NCBI GenBank assembly: GCA_051294905.1
Contig: CM119371.1
Location: forward strand, 23,066,001 to 23,130,000
DNA length: 64,000 nucleotides
Reading direction: 5' to 3'
From: Botryllus schlosseri
Taxonomy: Eukaryota
Below are positions 12,900-24,347 of the stretch, piece after piece. Every line of letters starts with the position of its first letter. Positions within the stretch are counted from its first letter, which is position 1. The notes under the pieces are model-generated. The model did no database searches and was not told the DNA's origin. It was given only the letters and a program-made list of their open reading frames with translations. The translations under genes were made by a program, and so were the position numbers.

Positions 12900-14110
12900 G
12901 AATCGCGTGTGGCGGGTCAATACCAAACCAACGTGTTGGGATTGTTATTATGACAAGTTCCAGACTGGCGCGACAGTTTAAGAACTTTGTTCCAATGGTA
13001 ATAAGACTGGCGATATTAGTGATATTGTACCACCGCTGTTTCAGCAAGTGCAGCGAACGTCGTCACAACTTGGACGGCGATATTTGCGCAACGTGCGACT
13101 CGACGAACAGGATATGGGGACGGCTCGCCTATGTCAATAATACATACCCACAAACCAAGATTAGATGCTAACCATCTGTATTTTGGGTGGATAACCCCTT
13201 ACCGGTATGTTGATGTTCGCGATTGGTATACGGGAGACGCACATACTTCATCAGGCTAATGCCAGCCACCCCCGTCTGGTACGATAGCGGTATGTCGTCA
13301 CAATGGTCAAGCCACTGCCAGTTCCGGCGTTGATTACTAATGTTCAAGTGGAGCGACTGTGCCATTTACGGAAAAAATATGGACGAATACGCTGGTATTC
13401 CGGAAATAGCGAGATTGGTGGGTTGCTCAAGGAAATACGTGAGCTCGCCGACGAATGTGTGGACCGTGGCCGCGACTACGACCGACATACTGATAAGGAG
13501 TAAGTGCTGCTTTGTATAGTACTGGTATAGACACGCCAACGGTGTGTGTTGAGTTGGTATAATATGCAGTTATCATGGATAATGATAGGCATAATGTTAT
13601 ATTACAGCTGGATGACGGACGACTCCTCAGTCGATATGGGGTTGACTATCACTAATGTAGAAAAACGCAGGTTTGTACACGCAGTATATCGCTTAACTGT
13701 CCTGTATAGTGTATATATACACGGTATTATATAACAAAAACGGTGGTGCGTTTAGTTTGGACTCACAGCTTTCAACGGGGGGAGCGGGTGATGCCGATCT
13801 TGCCGAATACGAATCGTGGGCATTTATTATACGATATCATTTATAATGGCGTCGACTATCACCAATACATTGCAGCGTTGAACCCGTGTCCGACGAAGGT
13901 GAGTCCCATGGCGTGGAGGATGATATCGGCGAGGATGGTACGTAGTATTGGAGCATACAATTATATATAGTCAGGACCAACTGGTTACGTTACCTCATGT
14001 TCCTTTCAGACGATACTGGCTACGGTTACTGGGTCGAGCAACTTGAGTGTCCGACCCGGATTGTACTGGTCATTCACCGGTGCAAGAAGCAAGACCAGCA
14101 TATCATTGAA
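12900..14110 (+). pseudogene. Degenerate spliced RING-finger-like gene, copy B of YR-element cargo
   Basis: KPTCWDCYY, then LYHRCFSKCSERRHNLDGDICATCDS, RELADECVDRGRDYDRHT and GHLLYDIIYNGVDYHQ. The intron at 13938-14009 is in the same position as in copy A. The last exon reads DTGYGYWVEQLECPTRIVLVIHR. Confidence 0.55.
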
Positions 14111-15562
14111 TGAGCTGTATTAATAAATACTACATTCAATGATGACTTTTCGATAGTACAAACGGGTCCTGAACACACGGCAAGCTGTCGTCAGTCAATG
14201 CGAGCATAATTATTATGAATGGTTTTCCTTACGTAGCTGCGCACTTGAACAGAAACATTCGCAATCAATAGCAATATTAACAGTCTGTATACGCCCATGG
14301 TGATGTTGATTATGTGCAAGAGCGCTAGGTGTAACCACGTCTATTACGTCATATATTATTGCCGGTATCATCAACAACTGTATTGACTTGAAGATTGGTC
14401 TACTTAACTACTAGTTGGTAGTGCAGTGATAGGCGAGTCCCTTTCACTATGTGTATTTAGACGACGTAACCGATACATATACTGGCTATTCGTGACTTAA
14501 AGGGGCACTGCACTCAAAAAATGATGTGGTCTCAAATTGAAGGGCAAAACGAAATAAAATTTTTGGCCGCAGCCGTTTTCATCAGAACGCCACCGTAATG
14601 GAGCTGCAATTTATTGAAATTTCCAGAAACACATCCGGCTGCAGCTGTCGTGGCTCCGGGTCATTTCTTAACCCGTTACATGGAACGATGACTTCATCGT
14701 CGCACTTGCTCGACGCGATTAGGCAGTCACGCAGAGGACGAACTTTAGATAGTGGCCAGCCAATGTTACGAAGCAAATATGTCTTACACGCCAAGGTGGT
14801 GTAGATACGCCGTTCCACGGAGGATGTTCAGTCAGGAGATTTTTCTCTTAATCGGGGCTAGTGTACTCTATTTCTTGAGGGCAGGAATAGATCATGTCCT
14901 ATTCTTATGTTATGTATAAAACATTACCATCACCAATCAGTGTGCCCCTGAACATTTCAAAATTCAGAGCGGTCATAATTGGTTTCGCATTCAGGTTGGA
15001 GAATCATAAGATGAGGGTTTGACGGTATCGTAAAATTATGGCTTGGGGATTAGTAAGATTACAATATAATGAATATGTTTTAGGGTCAGCTGCGGAGTTG
15101 TGGGTTCAGGTTAGGTTTGCGTCCCGTTGGATTTCGGTTAAGGATGATGAATTTTCCTACAATACCAGAACCCTACACCAATTTAGAATGTCATGAATTT
15201 TGTAATGTTCATGGGGAACCCTGACTGGTGGTATTCATGTTGTGGATAAGAAATTACTCTTATCCCGAAAATCGACTACAGCATAAAGTGCTTTTCAACC
15301 TGTATGACGGTTCGTACTTGTTCAAATGAAAAGAATTTCAAACAAATAGTCTACCAATGTTCAAACAAATAGTCAACCAATGTTAAGTGTGAAAGAAAAA
15401 CTGTATTTCCGGAGTTGAGCTAGAAAGTTGGCTGTTTATCAGTCGATCGACAACGGAGTCTGATTTACCATTTTCCAGGATTCTACATGATCCACTATTC
15501 TATTTCTGAAAATTTTGAATAAGTGTCCTCCTGTCCCGAATCCAAAATACGATAACGATGAC

Positions 15563-15740
15563 CAGTGAATTCGGCCTCACGAACTCGGCCGTCAGGGAAC
15601 TCGGCCCTCGGGAAATTTTGTATTACAGCGAATCATTAAACTAATAATATTATTATCAAGTGATTGGTGAAAATATTGATAAACCCGAGGGAAGAGTTTG
15701 TGAGGCCGAATTCACCGAGGGCCGAGTTCACCGGCAACCA
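15563..15740. repeat. Small inverted-repeat element built from GAA(C/T)TCGGCC units, nested in the Kolobok
   Basis: gaattcggcctcacgaactcggccgtcagggaactcggccctcggg ... cccgagg..gtgaggccgaattcaccgagggccgagttcacc. Confidence 0.6.
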
Positions 15741-16248
15741 CGATAACCCTACCTTGTAGGTAACAGTGGGCGATGCCAGTGTTGATTTGAATGCAAAGTA
15801 TTGGAATTTCGGCACACATTCATATTGCGATGACATAACACGTCGATTTAGTGGAAAAGTGATATTGTTCATTGGTTCGCCCTTTAAGCTTCGAAAGAAA
15901 TCACTGCACGATACCCCCAGAAAAAGCAACGAATACCTTGAGAACAGCGGAAGTGCGATATATGTGATTTTTTACTGCAGTGATTTTAGTATTTGATTAA
16001 TCAACAATACGATACGCTGAATGTGAAATAATGACGCTCTGTACCTACAGGAAGCCCTACAAATACAAAAGTGATAAGCTTTTCTTTTCGTGTAATAAAT
16101 TCCAGCTGGCTGGTGCGAATTAAATTGTCAAAAAAATGCGAATAGAGCTGAAAATGGTTGAAAAGTACTGGTCTACGTTATTGTCTTGCTCTACCCAGAG
16201 TCTTCGTAATAGTATATAGAATATACATTGATATTATTAAAAGCTGCA

Positions 16249-16850
16249 ATGACATCGACACGTTGTGCATTTATATCGTGTGAAGTCAAAAGGAATGACG
16301 CATCGCATACTCTTCATAAAATTCCTTCTGAAATTGCACTAAGACGACAGTGCCATATCCATCAATAAATCACCAGTTTGCTGTGTGACATGTCTGCAAA
16401 GGTAACTGAATACTGATATTATTTGAAACTTCTTTTGCCTGACTAACCATTTCTCAGGACTGAAAAAAAAGTTGGTGTCTCTGGGTGAGAAGAAAGGTAT
16501 GGAAGACTTGCTACTATGGACAAGAAGCATCACTAAACACTTTGGGTGGTGCTGTCAGCATTGTGGTCAAGATAGCAGTGTAAGTCTACATATCAACTAT
16601 GTCTGACATCACATATTAGGAACTTTTTATATACCAATATGCAATCGCAGGTGCTAAAAAGAAGATGGATATCTCTTCTGCATCACATCACCGGACAGTT
16701 GACGGGGAGACATATTCCTGCAGCCATGGCACTTTGACTGGGGATCAGTGCCTAAGAACTAGATGGTTGCAATGTGGATCTCCCAGTTTCATATCATTGA
16801 AATCTTTGATAGAAAAAAAAGTTTGACTTTAAAAACGTTGTTCTAGAACA
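16249..16850 (+). pseudogene. Kolobok transposase remnant with THAP-like start and two introns
   Basis: MTSTRCAFISCEVKRNDASHTLHKIP; NHQFAV*HVCK|intron|GLKKKLVSLGEKKGMEDLLLWTRSITKHFGWCCQHCGQDSS|intron|VLKRRWISLLHHITG. This resembles the DxWH..KKL..W..SI.NH..WC..KW.S..H pattern of Kolobok transposases. Confidence 0.75.
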
Positions 16851-16939
16851 TCTAGAACAATACATCTCTATCGTACATCTTCGAGTTGTATGGCATGTGC
16901 AGAGCTGCGTAGCTTACTAGATCAATTTCATTCTTCCAC

Positions 16940-17490
16940 TGCCCGACTGCCCAGTTGTAATACCCTACCCTATATAGTCCTCGGATGTTTCTTTTACTAT
17001 TGAGTTGAATTTTTAATAAATGCCGAGTAAGCCATTGGTGGAATATAAGAATAGCCATTGGTGGAATATAAGAATGCAAACAGTTCCCGTTCGCTGATCG
17101 ACTTATATAGCAGAGCCGCAGTGTTATCAATCACAGTTCGTTAGAAAGCCTTCTGCCAGGACCATGTGGTTGATTGTTATAATTCCAGTTTTTTTTCTGT
17201 TCACAGAGCAACTGCACCATTCATTGTCAAGTGTCCGAAGTTGACTCTGGTTTTCTGACGATTTCTTAGACCAATACAATGAGATTGAAAAATTGCATCC
17301 AAGAAACGCGGGTGCAAATACTTGAGTTTGTGCTTCTAGAGTTGCAACAAGACCGGCGAATTCCTCCTCTGAATATTGTGGCTCAAATTGACACGGCAGG
17401 CTCTCACAAAATATCGTGATATCATTGAAATCTTCTACATCTGTATCTTCATCAGAAGTTCATTCATCAGCAAGATCTTCTTCCATACCA
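16940..17490 (-). pseudogene. KolX-like second gene remnant of Kolobok
   Basis: Minus-strand fragments LPCQFEPQYSEEE, LRTLDNEWCSC, GFLTNC and TLRLCY resemble the PYxFEP / WCxC / GFxxxC motifs of KolX. Confidence 0.55.
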
Positions 17491-18364
17491 TTAATGTCAA
17501 AGGAATTGCATGAATGAACGAACTGATGGAGACAGAAGATTCGTTAGTGAAACTGAGAACAACAATGTTACGATAAAAATTTCCACAACAATGTTTGAAC
17601 TTTGATGAGAATGAAACAATGATATTTTCGTGTTGACCATCTATACATCTGTGTCTTGAACAAGTAAACTGGACCGTATCAAAATAGTTGCTATGCCATG
17701 GGTAAACGATGCAAAATATCCTGTGTCTGTCTCTTGCACAAGACCACTACTCAGAAGGTTGTGCACTGTGCAGTCATTAATAAATCTTGAAAATGACAGC
17801 TGTATCAATATAGCTTTGCATCAATATACAACTGTAATGGCATCTCAGTATCAGTCAACTGGCAAATACTATAGAGTCATGACAAGCTCCAGACACAAAT
17901 CCTCCTGACTTCTAACACCGTACGTTGAGCGCCGCCTTGGTGTGCAAGGCATGATTCCTTCACAACATCGACTGACAACTATCTAAAGTTCGTCCTCTGC
18001 GTGACTGCCTAATCGCGCCGAGCAAGTGCGACGATGAAGTCATCGTTGCATGTAACGGGTTAAGAAATGACCCGGAGCCGCGACAGCTGCAGCCGGATGT
18101 GTTTCTGGAAATTTCAATAAATTGCAGCTACATTACGGTGGCGTTCTGAAGAATACGGCTGCGGCCAAAATTTTTTTTCGTTTTGCCCTTCAATTTGAGA
18201 CCACATCATTTGTTGAGTGCAGTGCCCCTTTAACTATCGTTATTGTCTGATACGAATATCTCCTTTCGATTTAAAACACAACAATTTTGTTGTGCACCAG
18301 AACGGATACACGCATGTATTTATTAGGAAGATAACCTGGTCGGCGTTGATATTGAACGTGAAGT

Positions 18365-18740
18365 TTATTTAGTGTTGGTTGTGTAACCGCACAGCGGTCG
18401 CATGAGCTGATTTTCTACATGTACATTGATTGGATACGAGTTATGCCTCTGTACTAGACATTTGAATAGATTATGTATAAAGTAGTAATTTGTTTCTTCA
18501 AATTCGAAAGTCAATATGTTAGTGTCGTTCAGCACAAAACCGTGCTTTAACCTCAACATAATTCTCTGGCAGACTATTGCTTCATGTATAACGCCTATGT
18601 CCGCTAGGCAGGTTTCAGCGTTTAATATGCGGTGCGTTGCAAATTCTTTAGATAACTATGCACAATATATACACCTGCAAGCGTCGATATCCTATCAATT
18701 CGCGACAACATATTGCAATGCTGTCTATATTTTCCCGGTT
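18365..18740 (-). pseudogene. Orphan ORF remnant, copy B of YR-element cargo
   Basis: ORF 18365..18559 and its upstream frame are homologous to 6300-6700. Confidence 0.45.
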
Positions 18741-18794
18741 GTATGACACCATGTAAAAAGAACGCTCAACAGTATGACAGTCTAATAGTCAGTG

Positions 18795-19390
18795 AATTAG
18801 GTGAGTCGCACGCCGTCTTCACTCCCATCTGCGGAACTGGCCTCGCAATCGCCGCTGCCGTATACAATATTATCGTCTGCATCTGTAAGTAACCTTAATA
18901 TTCCGGGCCTTGATAACAACAACATTCAATGGTACAAGGCCTACCAGTGCATACGATGATCTCAATGACGGCCAGCGTCGTAACGTCGGTGATCACCAAT
19001 TCATCCGTGTAGTTGGCTTCCGACGACGACCTGGAAAGTTGTCATATTTTGTATAAGATACGAACCTCATAATATTGGCATGTAAGTTATATTCTCACTC
19101 GTCATCGACAGCGCCTCCATGCTGTTCACACGCAGGAAGTAACAGGTTCAAACTGAATACGTTACGTCGTTGATTAATACCCCACACTGTATGGCGATTC
19201 AGCCGCGACATCTCATATCATTGTACACACCGGCGGATGTCCCAGTCAAGTCGTCTCTATCCGATCTTGTACTGGAGGAGGCACTGTTCGTCCCGGGCAG
19301 TAATAGTATTACTTATGTGGGTATGCATTCACCCTTATTCACCCATGTTAGAGGTCTCCGCGAAAGAACTTCAACGACGGTACATAATAC
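18795..19390 (-). pseudogene. Degenerate spliced orphan gene with acidic, SIM-like C-terminus, copy B of YR-element cargo
   Basis: LPGTNSASSSTRSDRDDL; SEANYTDELVITDVTTLAVIEIIVCTD|intron gtaggc..ttacag|ADDNIVYGSGDCE. Nucleotide similarity to 6810-7000 is clear. Confidence 0.5.
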
Positions 19391-19669
19391 CCGCCAATGA
19401 CAACCGTGATATAGGCGTGACGATATGTGATTCGCACAAGGTGCTTTGTTATACACGAAATAACAGAATGCTCATTCGCACCCTCATTGTCACGATGCCA
19501 TACAATATCCGCCACATATCGCACGTGACGCGACAACGAACTTATCTATTAGTAAGTAATAACGCCCATTGAATAAGCAAATAACGTGAACCAACACCCA
19601 CATCAACATCACCAAGCGACCTCCACCATTAATAGTCATGTACACATACCATGCCTCTCGACAAACCTA

Positions 19670-21330
19670 TTATCTGTGGCAGTCCCGCAACATTCTCAAT
19701 TTGCTGCGCATGGGGCCAGTAGCTAACCCACTTCGCGTAGCAGCATGTCGCAAGGACTCACTGAGCATGGGACCCGTTCGCCGCAAAAATAAGGACAGGT
19801 CCGGATGACGGCGAAGCCACAGGAACTGATGCTCGTTAATAGATATATAGGGCTCTTACTCGTTACTCGTTGCCTTTTGAATGCAAGGCGTGCGGCTGGA
19901 ATAGCGATGTTATCTGCAAATAGGTGGCATAGTGACAGATCCGTGTGCTATCCCGATAATTATATGCGTACCGTTGGGTGCCATATCATGGAAAGAGGAG
20001 TCTTGATGCGCGTAATCCGATGAGACTATCGCTGTCGGTGTCGTGACAGTATCGAAGCGTGGTCGCGCATCGACTATTAGTTGATGTTTCGCACGGGCTG
20101 ATGACTGGACGCTCCCGGACGTAGAGGGGGCGCCATTACGCGTGGGACTGCAGCTGGCAGTCGCGGATTTACCGTATTCCGTAGTTTCAGTCACTGCAAA
20201 GATTAGCATGCAATTTAGTCATCCATAACTTTATTATTTATGTGTGAACAATGCGCTCTATGTCACCTAGTACACGCGTACACGTAATGCGGTGAAGGCT
20301 TTACCGATGTTATTTACCTCCGTATGAGAGATCTGTTTCTATATCATCATGGGACGTTCCAGCGCACCTAGCGGCGTCTGCGTATATAGTTTCGTGCTGT
20401 GTGGCCAACGCACGATTAAACAGTTTCCTGCCGATAGCTGCACCCGCCGCGACGCTTGCATTCCGCAACATTCCATCGTAATGCACGTTGGCTACCCCGA
20501 TCGAATGAGACGAGGAAGCAGCCACGTCATCCTTTTCCCGAAGAGACAGACCGCTCGCCATAGTGGCCAGCATTTTTCGTAAATGCTGATAAGACACTCC
20601 TTGCATCCCGTGTCTTGTCAGATATGATTGGACACATTTCGAAAGATGACGTATGGGCTGACCGGTCGTAGAACGAAGAGCGGGCGCCTCAGCGGGGCTC
20701 ATGCATCCGTTGTGGCGAGCGCATAACTGGAACACAATGACAAGTACTTGGTAATGGTTCGTCACTGCTTAACACATTCCGTGAGCTAGCTCTGTAGTTA
20801 TGATGACATGACCAATCGACTATATAGATAGCATGCTCACCAATTTGAATCGTTCATAGCGGTCGTGCTCAAACGCAATCATACTACCGAGCGATTTGCT
20901 TTTTGTTTGGTTGACTTGTACGATTACGCGGTCCTGGTCGCTGATCAGCTTGCCGGGATTCATTAATTATTCGGCGGTGACCCGTCTGAAATGACACAGT
21001 CGTGTCCCGGTGGATGCTCCTACGTCAATTAGGAGTGCCGCCAAGCACGCGTGAAAACATTTGTGTTTGATTTGTTATTATTACTGCGCATTGTGCAGTG
21101 CACGGCGTTGAATTACCTTGTCGAACATTGATGCATGATGCAACACGAGATTCTCGGTGGCGCAAATTCTGAATTTATTCGATTAGTCTGAACGGAACCT
21201 TCTATGTTCCAAAAGACTTCATTGCTGGACGGACTCTATCGAGCGCAACCATATCGCGGAACGAATTTTAAACCATTTGGATATGTATTTCTATTGATAA
21301 GGTCGCGGCATGCGTCCATATTGTTCTTAC
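19670..21330 (-). pseudogene. Intron-containing tyrosine recombinase with C-terminal extension, copy B (one in-frame stop, later frameshift)
   Basis: LAALLIDVGASTGTR (box I Arg at about 21001), VIVQVNQTKS (Lys), a phase-0 intron at 20727-20840, then SYQHLRKMLAT..VAASSSHSIGVANVHYD (box II Arg, His, Tyr). Further exons at 19972-20193 and 19670-19913 are bounded by GT/AG. Stop at 20967-20969. The 5' end is uncertain. Confidence 0.8.
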
Positions 21331-21724
21331 TGCAATAACATGTGGATAATTAAAACCGCACCATTTTACGATCAAATTCTACTAGCTGATCGGGACCTAC
21401 GTAGGACGTAGGCCCCGGCCTGATATTAACCAGCGCGTTGTCGGCAATAAAACCCTAGGTGCGTAGCCAGAGAGTTTCTATTTTTTATTGCTAGAAATCC
21501 CGACCTTTTGAAATGCCAATTCACTGATTCGTACTATCGATGCTGCGTACTGCAAATTAGCTATAATCATTTGTATGCGAAATGGGTCATCGATATCTCA
21601 TGTGCACTATCGGCGGTGGTTTGATTTAGCGCGTCTACATAGGCCTGCTACCGTCCGCAGATACACTTTCGCCGAACAGAAAAAATCTCTTAGTGTAATA
21701 TTATTTGTGTTTATGTATCTTGTT

Positions 21725-23196
21725 CAGTGGTTCCCACACTTTTCCGGTGTGAGGGCAAAATTTAGAATTTCAGAGTACGGTCAGGGCCGCACGAATACTA
21801 CGGCTATGAAACGGACCCAAACAGTCATCATGGCTATTTCGGAGTAGTTTTATTACCCTGGCGAAATTTCAAAACTGTACACTGCTTACCGCTACTTATT
21901 TGCTGCATTGGGTGTCCGTTGAGTGAATCAGCTTTTCAGAATCAGAATCGGATTTCTTCACTGGCATATAATTTTTTTTCCTGCGGGATGGTATTTGTCT
22001 TGTGAGGTTCAGATTGCCAAGACAATAACATTCGGCGCCAGTCATTTAGGCGCCTATGGACAAATAAATCTATATGTATTTTGTATATATAACGAAGTTT
22101 TTGGTATTTCGAAGTTTTTGGTCAGTATTATAGCAGTCCTTTACGGCCAAGGCTTTCTCGCTGCCGATCGTTCTGACACACTTCTTGGAGTCACATGTTA
22201 CATGACCTAAAACTTTATCTGTCTTGGTGCGTTGTGGTGCGGTCATGGCCAACGCTGATATGCCCATTTCGATAAATCTTGCGTATTTTTTCTTGGGGAA
22301 GAGTACCCAATAATCAAGATATGCGGCGAATTGAAATCGCGCAATGCGCGAAAAATTTTTGAAGAAGTTGCATAAATTTTCAAAAAATACTCTATAATTT
22401 ATGCTAATTCACGAAATAATTTAAGGCTCCCTTCGATCTCGGCCCCCCTCAATTGGGGGGTTTGGGGTGCGGCAGTTACGGCTCTGACTATAGGACTACC
22501 AATTATGCTGCTTTTAGCCGGCTAAGCAGTATGCATCTCGGCGCATTCAACCGTGAGTCACGTGTTTCACATCTAGTTATAATAGGGTTACCATCCGTCC
22601 TCTTTTAAGGTGATTTGTCCTCATTTTTGATTTTTTTAAAGGGTCCTCGGAGGACGCCCAAATATCTTCTTTTTCGAGATTTTGTCTTCTTTGTTGTGGA
22701 TTTTGGTTACATGGGCCAAATTCGACTGATATACATTAAGTCAGCACTGTAGGAACGCTACGGCGGCTATTTCGGGAGCTGGACCGGAAAGTTGACCTTT
22801 TTTTCAGTCAACCACCTGTTAATGTGAAAGAAAAACTCTATTCTCCGGGAGTTGAGCCTCTTTCTCTTTTTTAGTCAAGCGACCACGAAGTGGGAAAAAG
22901 TTACCATTTTCTCAAGATTTGCCTCCGGTTTTGAAAGTTATCAATACCTATTTATATCTATAGCTACTGCTCGTTCAACTGGAAAGTTAGGGCACATTGC
23001 ATTGAAGCAGCAGTGACGTAACGTTAGCAGTCTATACTCACAGCTTTCCTGCGATTCTATAATTAAAAATTACAGAGGCCAAGCGAAGCAAGAGTATTTT
23101 GTAAATATAAATTTTATTTTTTGTCATAAATCGATTTCGTAATATATTTTTCGGGCCGCAAGAAGGCTATCTGGGGGCCGCGCTTGGGAATCACTG
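21725..23196. mobile_element. hAT-type non-autonomous element
   Basis: CAGTGGTTCCCA..TGGGAATCACTG termini with a perfect 8-bp TSD atcttgtt (21717-21724, 23197-23204). Confidence 0.9.
22583..22940. mobile_element. TAGGGTTACCA MITE, partial copy
   Basis: Same family as 27409-27830 and 33537-33890 (tagggttacca.cgtcctcttttaag). Confidence 0.7.
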
Positions 23197-24347
23197 ATCT
23201 TGTTGATTAAAACTTATGCCCGCGTCTGAAAAAATTGCGCTCGTTGCCATTGCCGAATCTGGGTATTTAGGTATGACTAGCGCAGCCTGTAATTGTAATT
23301 ATATCAGGTTTGCGGCATGTCTGCAATCTCGTGTTCAGCGCAACATTTCCGGCCGATTGTACAGTCCGATAAAATTGATCACTACTATGTATTCCGCACA
23401 GCGTACTGAGGCTAATCTCAGCAAACTAACGATCCTTATTAGATCTACAAATTCTACCTAATCATTAAAAACGCATATTTCATCGCGCTCTCTGAGAAAC
23501 ACCATCTCCTATCGCGATTTGACAATCAAATATACGATCACCTTCTACAAATTTAAGTGCATCAGTTGCATCGATGAGGGCCGCAAGACGGGTGTAATAT
23601 ATTTTGTGAACCATTTTGTGATCAATGTTCTCGGAGCACAATGTTGAACAGTGTTTTATTGTGTGTGCCTGTTATTTGGAATTTATTCCAGTGCCCATAA
23701 TATTATTCCAATTGTGCTTCGCGAACGTAAATCGGGAAATGCAGCAATGCAGTCAAAATCGATGTTTTCATTTAGCAACCAATTGTCGCGATGCGAGCTA
23801 CTCAATACCAAGTGGGAACCCATTGTGTTGGCGGTAAAGGACTATTACTGATCGACCGCACGCGTTTGTAATCATAATTCTTGTCTGTCTTTCGTGTTCC
23901 AGAATGGTCGCGCCGTGTTACTGCTCAGTCCAGCGACGAATGCCGAGCGCGCGGCAATCATCTCAGCAGGAGATCGCGTCGCGTTACATTGTGCGATGCG
24001 ATATGCGTGCACAGACGGATCTCACTAATTGTTCGCGGCACCGCGTAACACTGTCATAATACGACTTGTTAAATTGCAACTGAATATTAGCGTCAGAATG
24101 GTCATTTCAAAAGGACGGGGTTTTGCGTCTCAAAAAGAGGGGGTTTCGCCACCCCCTGGCTACGCACCTGCCGCCACCCCATGCTAAAACAAAAGTTGGC
24201 GCCTATAAATGGTATCACGTACATTCATCTAACACCGTTGGCTAAAACGTGTTGAGCTCGAAGTCATGAAGTCTAAGTGCTAATTCCAGGGTGCATGTTT
24301 TTATAATGTATTTACAATCAGAAACTGATATTTCATATTTGAATTAC

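Larger units (their letters stand above)
14501..18229. mobile_element. Kolobok-superfamily DNA transposon, internally decayed
   Basis: TTAA on both sides (14497-14500, 18230-18233). Termini AGGGGCACTG..CAGTGCCCCT. Near-perfect TIRs of about 250 bp plus about 55 bp of degenerate extension. Internal transposase and KolX-like remnants lie in convergent orientation. Confidence 0.9.
21456..24170. mobile_element. Old non-autonomous TIR element (AGGTGCGTAGCCAG termini) with nested insertions
   Basis: taggtgcgtagccag..aaatcccgaccttttgaaatg at left. Its reverse complement catttcaaaaggacgggg..ctggctacgcacctg is at right. No TSD seen. Confidence 0.6.

Noticed and set aside
2530..21420. Endogenous virus or Polinton/DIRS as the explanation for the YR unit
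   Set aside because: No polymerase, capsid, packaging ATPase or reverse transcriptase was seen, and the genes carry spliceosomal introns. A viral ancestry cannot be excluded without a profile search.
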